DNA of 64,000 nucleotides from Paraspadella gotoi (lineage: Eukaryota > Animalia > Chaetognatha), in the NCBI GenBank assembly GCA_051294375.1, contig CM119271.1:2606090-2670089 (forward strand), read 5' to 3'. Positions 61,415 to 64,000 of the stretch are shown here, piece by piece. Within the stretch, counting starts at the first letter, position 1, and the number at the start of each line of letters is the position of its first letter. The translations under genes and the position numbers were made by a program. Below the pieces are notes generated by a model, which ran no database searches, had not been told where the DNA came from, and worked only from the letters and a program-made list of their open reading frames with translations.

Positions 61415-62336
61415 GAGAAGAGAGAGAGAAAGAGAGCGAGAGAAAAAGAAACATGAAAAAGTTAAAAAAAGGGGAAGAAAAAAAAAAAAATGAAAAATAA
61501 AAAACAAAAAAGAAAAAGAAATATAAGAAAGAATAATAATAAATATAATATATATAATAATAATAAAAAAGAAAGGCAAAGAAAAAAAGAATGAAACAGA
61601 AAAAAAGGAATAGAAGAAAGAAAAAAGAAAGAAAGAAAAGAAGAACGAAAGAAAAGAAAGAAAGAAAGAAATAAAGAAAAGAAAGAAAGAAAGAAAGAAA
61701 AGAAAGAGTGAAAGAAAGACCGACCGACCGACCGTTCTACGCCACTCGCCACATATTCATATTCAGACGGAAACCCGTATTACCAATATTAAAGTTCACC
61801 ACGTCGATGTGTGGCTTTTCTCGATTGAGTTTTCGTTTCTTGTTGTGTTGAGAGGAAAAGGAGGAAAAACGGAGGGAAGTGGGAGAACGAGGAAAATTGG
61901 AAGAACCGGGAAACTAGGGTTCGAAAACAGAATGAAATAAAGACGGAAAAGAAAAATTGGAAAATTTTTAAAAACGTAAAGAATAACTATGTCTATATCT
62001 AATGTCTATGACAAAGGAAAAAAAAACTTGGTTCGGATTAATCAAATGATTTGAAGTATGTAAAATAGTTTATTGGATTAATACTTATCTTGTTCCATAT
62101 TCACATCAACGTTTTTTTTTTTAATTTTGCCAAAAATTTTTCGCTAAACCCTTCAAGGTTAAAGTCGGCCTAGAAAAAGTTTGAGCACATGAATTTTTTT
62201 TTTTGACAACCTTAAATTCATTACTGATGAGGTATTTTCTAAAATTTCGGACAGCGTGAATCCGATAACTACCGCCTAAAGCTCTTACTTTTTCGTTAAT
62301 TTTATTTAATTCGTAAATCCTGTTTCTATTCTATAC

Positions 62337-62359
62337 TATTTATCTATCTTATATATATC

Positions 62360-62398
<39 letters not shown>

Positions 62399-62461
62399 AT
62401 CTATCTATATCTATTCCTATCTATCTATCTATCTATTTATCTATCTATCTATTTATCTATA

Positions 62462-62507
<46 letters not shown>

Positions 62508-62515
62508 CTATCTAT
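62337..62515. repeat. (TATC)n microsatellite
   Basis: Directly visible. Confidence 0.9.
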
Positions 62516-62873
62516 GTCATACTATTTCTTTCATATTTTTTTAAACTTGAAATAGAAAAATTATAACGTCGGAGACTCATTAGTAGCTATAAATGAACCG
62601 AACACAAAAATAACACTCCAGGGCAGAAAAAAAAAAACACACACAAAAAAAAACAACGTTGTTTGCCTCTCAATTCAATTTACGTTTACGAGTCAAAAAT
62701 ATTAAAAAAAAAATGAAGAAAAAAAAAAACGAGAGAGANNNNNNNNNNNNNNNNNNNNNNNNNAAAAAAAAGAAACACATTTACAATCGAATTTTCGTCG
62801 TCATAAAAATGTTGTTTTTGTCCGAAAAAAAGATAATTCGAGTTAATGATGACGTATGAGTTCTCTTTACCTA

Positions 62874-62993
62874 GGAGGAGGAGGAGAAGGAGGAGGAGGA
62901 GTTAAGGAGGAGGAGGAGAAGGAGGAGGAGGAGTTAAGGAGGAGGAGGAGAAGGAGGAGGAGGAGTTAAGGAGGAGGAGGAGGAGTAGAGGAG
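62874..62993. repeat. (GAG)n-based ~32-bp tandem repeat
   Basis: ggaggaggaggagaaggaggaggaggagttaa x ~3.5. Confidence 0.85.
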
Positions 62994-63448
62994 ATGGCTT
63001 TAAAAGGGTGGAGGATATTAAAAAAAAAAGTCGAGAATATTGTAATATTAACAAATTAAGAGAAGGACTCGAAGTTTGAGGAGGTACAAAAATAAAAGTA
63101 TAATATAATTGTTATACAATAAAGGGGGTTTCAAATCTCCACAAAAAATAGGTTCAAATTTAGTCCAGATCCAAAAATGGTGACCTGGCGATTTCAGAAA
63201 ATGTAAGTCACTTACAACATTTGATGATTTCTACGCCATTTTCTTTTGCTTTAAATTATAACATGTAATAAAAGAAACCGCAGGTCAAACGAAAAAGCCG
63301 ATCTATCTGGTAATTTTTTGTGAATTTTTTTTCGGTGAAATTTGAAATTGGTAGAATTGGCCTTTTCCGCGGGCGACGTAGGCCTGTCCAAGAAAGAGCT
63401 CTCGCTAATACTAACATCATTAATATGAATTCGAAAAGATGAGCAACT

Positions 63449-63480
<32 letters not shown>

Positions 63481-64000
63481 TAATTGGTGATGAATCTCTT
63501 TAAAAGCTCGTCCGCTGTCTTCCTCTAATTTACTGGATCCTGACGTCGTAGTTCGGTCGTTTGGGTGGTTAAGAGTTTGAGGAAGAAATTAAATCTTCGG
63601 AAGCTTTCGTCGTTTGACGAGAAGAAAATCCTTGAGATGTCTGGCGACCGTGTTGAGATTGAAGCCGTTAAAAAGTGGGTAGTTAAATTTTGTTTCTATT
63701 TATGATTCCGTCTCTGAAGATATGAAGATGTGCCTGATTCAATCCACACCAAAATATCTTTCTGAGGCAGAGATAAATTGCTCGTGATTAAGTCGAAAGT
63801 TGTGAGATTCTGGTACAATTATCATTTTTGGCCTTAACAATTTCGATATACAAAAAATCCAACAACGATTTTATTTGTATACAGCGGACATGTTCGGCTT
63901 TAAATGTACAAGCCTTCATCGGCGTCAAGATATTTGTTTTTCTAAAAAACAGACAAAAAGGAAAGCGATCGATTTTTTTTTTTCTTTTCTATCGCAGTAT

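Larger units (their letters stand above)
53945..62008 (+). other. Indel-rich second copy of ~48280-53932, interrupted by an insertion at 59008-61230
   Basis: Colinear SINEs, upstream region, SLC45 gene, 3' region and minisatellite; frequent 1-2 bp indels. Confidence 0.85.

Noticed and set aside
62225-62255. CTGATGAG as a hammerhead ribozyme core
   Set aside because: No stem II or downstream GAAA in the required position.
63490-63680. Possible first exon of a membrane-anchored protein near the window end
   Set aside because: Requires several frameshifts and shows no recognisable motif.

Overview
AT-rich animal (invertebrate-like) genomic scaffold with spliceosomal introns, dense (GA)n/(GTC)n microsatellites, N gaps and several indel-rich duplicated blocks that look like unpolished long-read or second-haplotype copies. 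Genes: two tandem intronless poly-C2H2 zinc-finger genes (3.2-7.4 kb); a 7-8 exon class A peptide-type GPCR with very large ECL1, ICL3 and ECL3 (9.6-16.9 kb); a 10-exon secreted, internally repeated amphipathic-helix protein of no family I recognise (31.7-36.6 kb, minus); and a 2-exon SLC45-type sugar transporter (50.1-52.3 kb) with a frameshifted copy. Mobile DNA: a triple nest at 22.4-31.2 kb (MITE > hAT element with 8-bp TSD > tyrosine-recombinase retrotransposon with split direct repeats); a 2.3 kb foldback palindrome built from TTAGGG-punctuated higher-order repeats (40.9-43.2 kb); tRNA-derived SINEs, HINE-like elements and small MITEs. Most ORFs in the supplied track are microsatellite or antisense artefacts. 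All gene models were spliced by hand and no database search was run.
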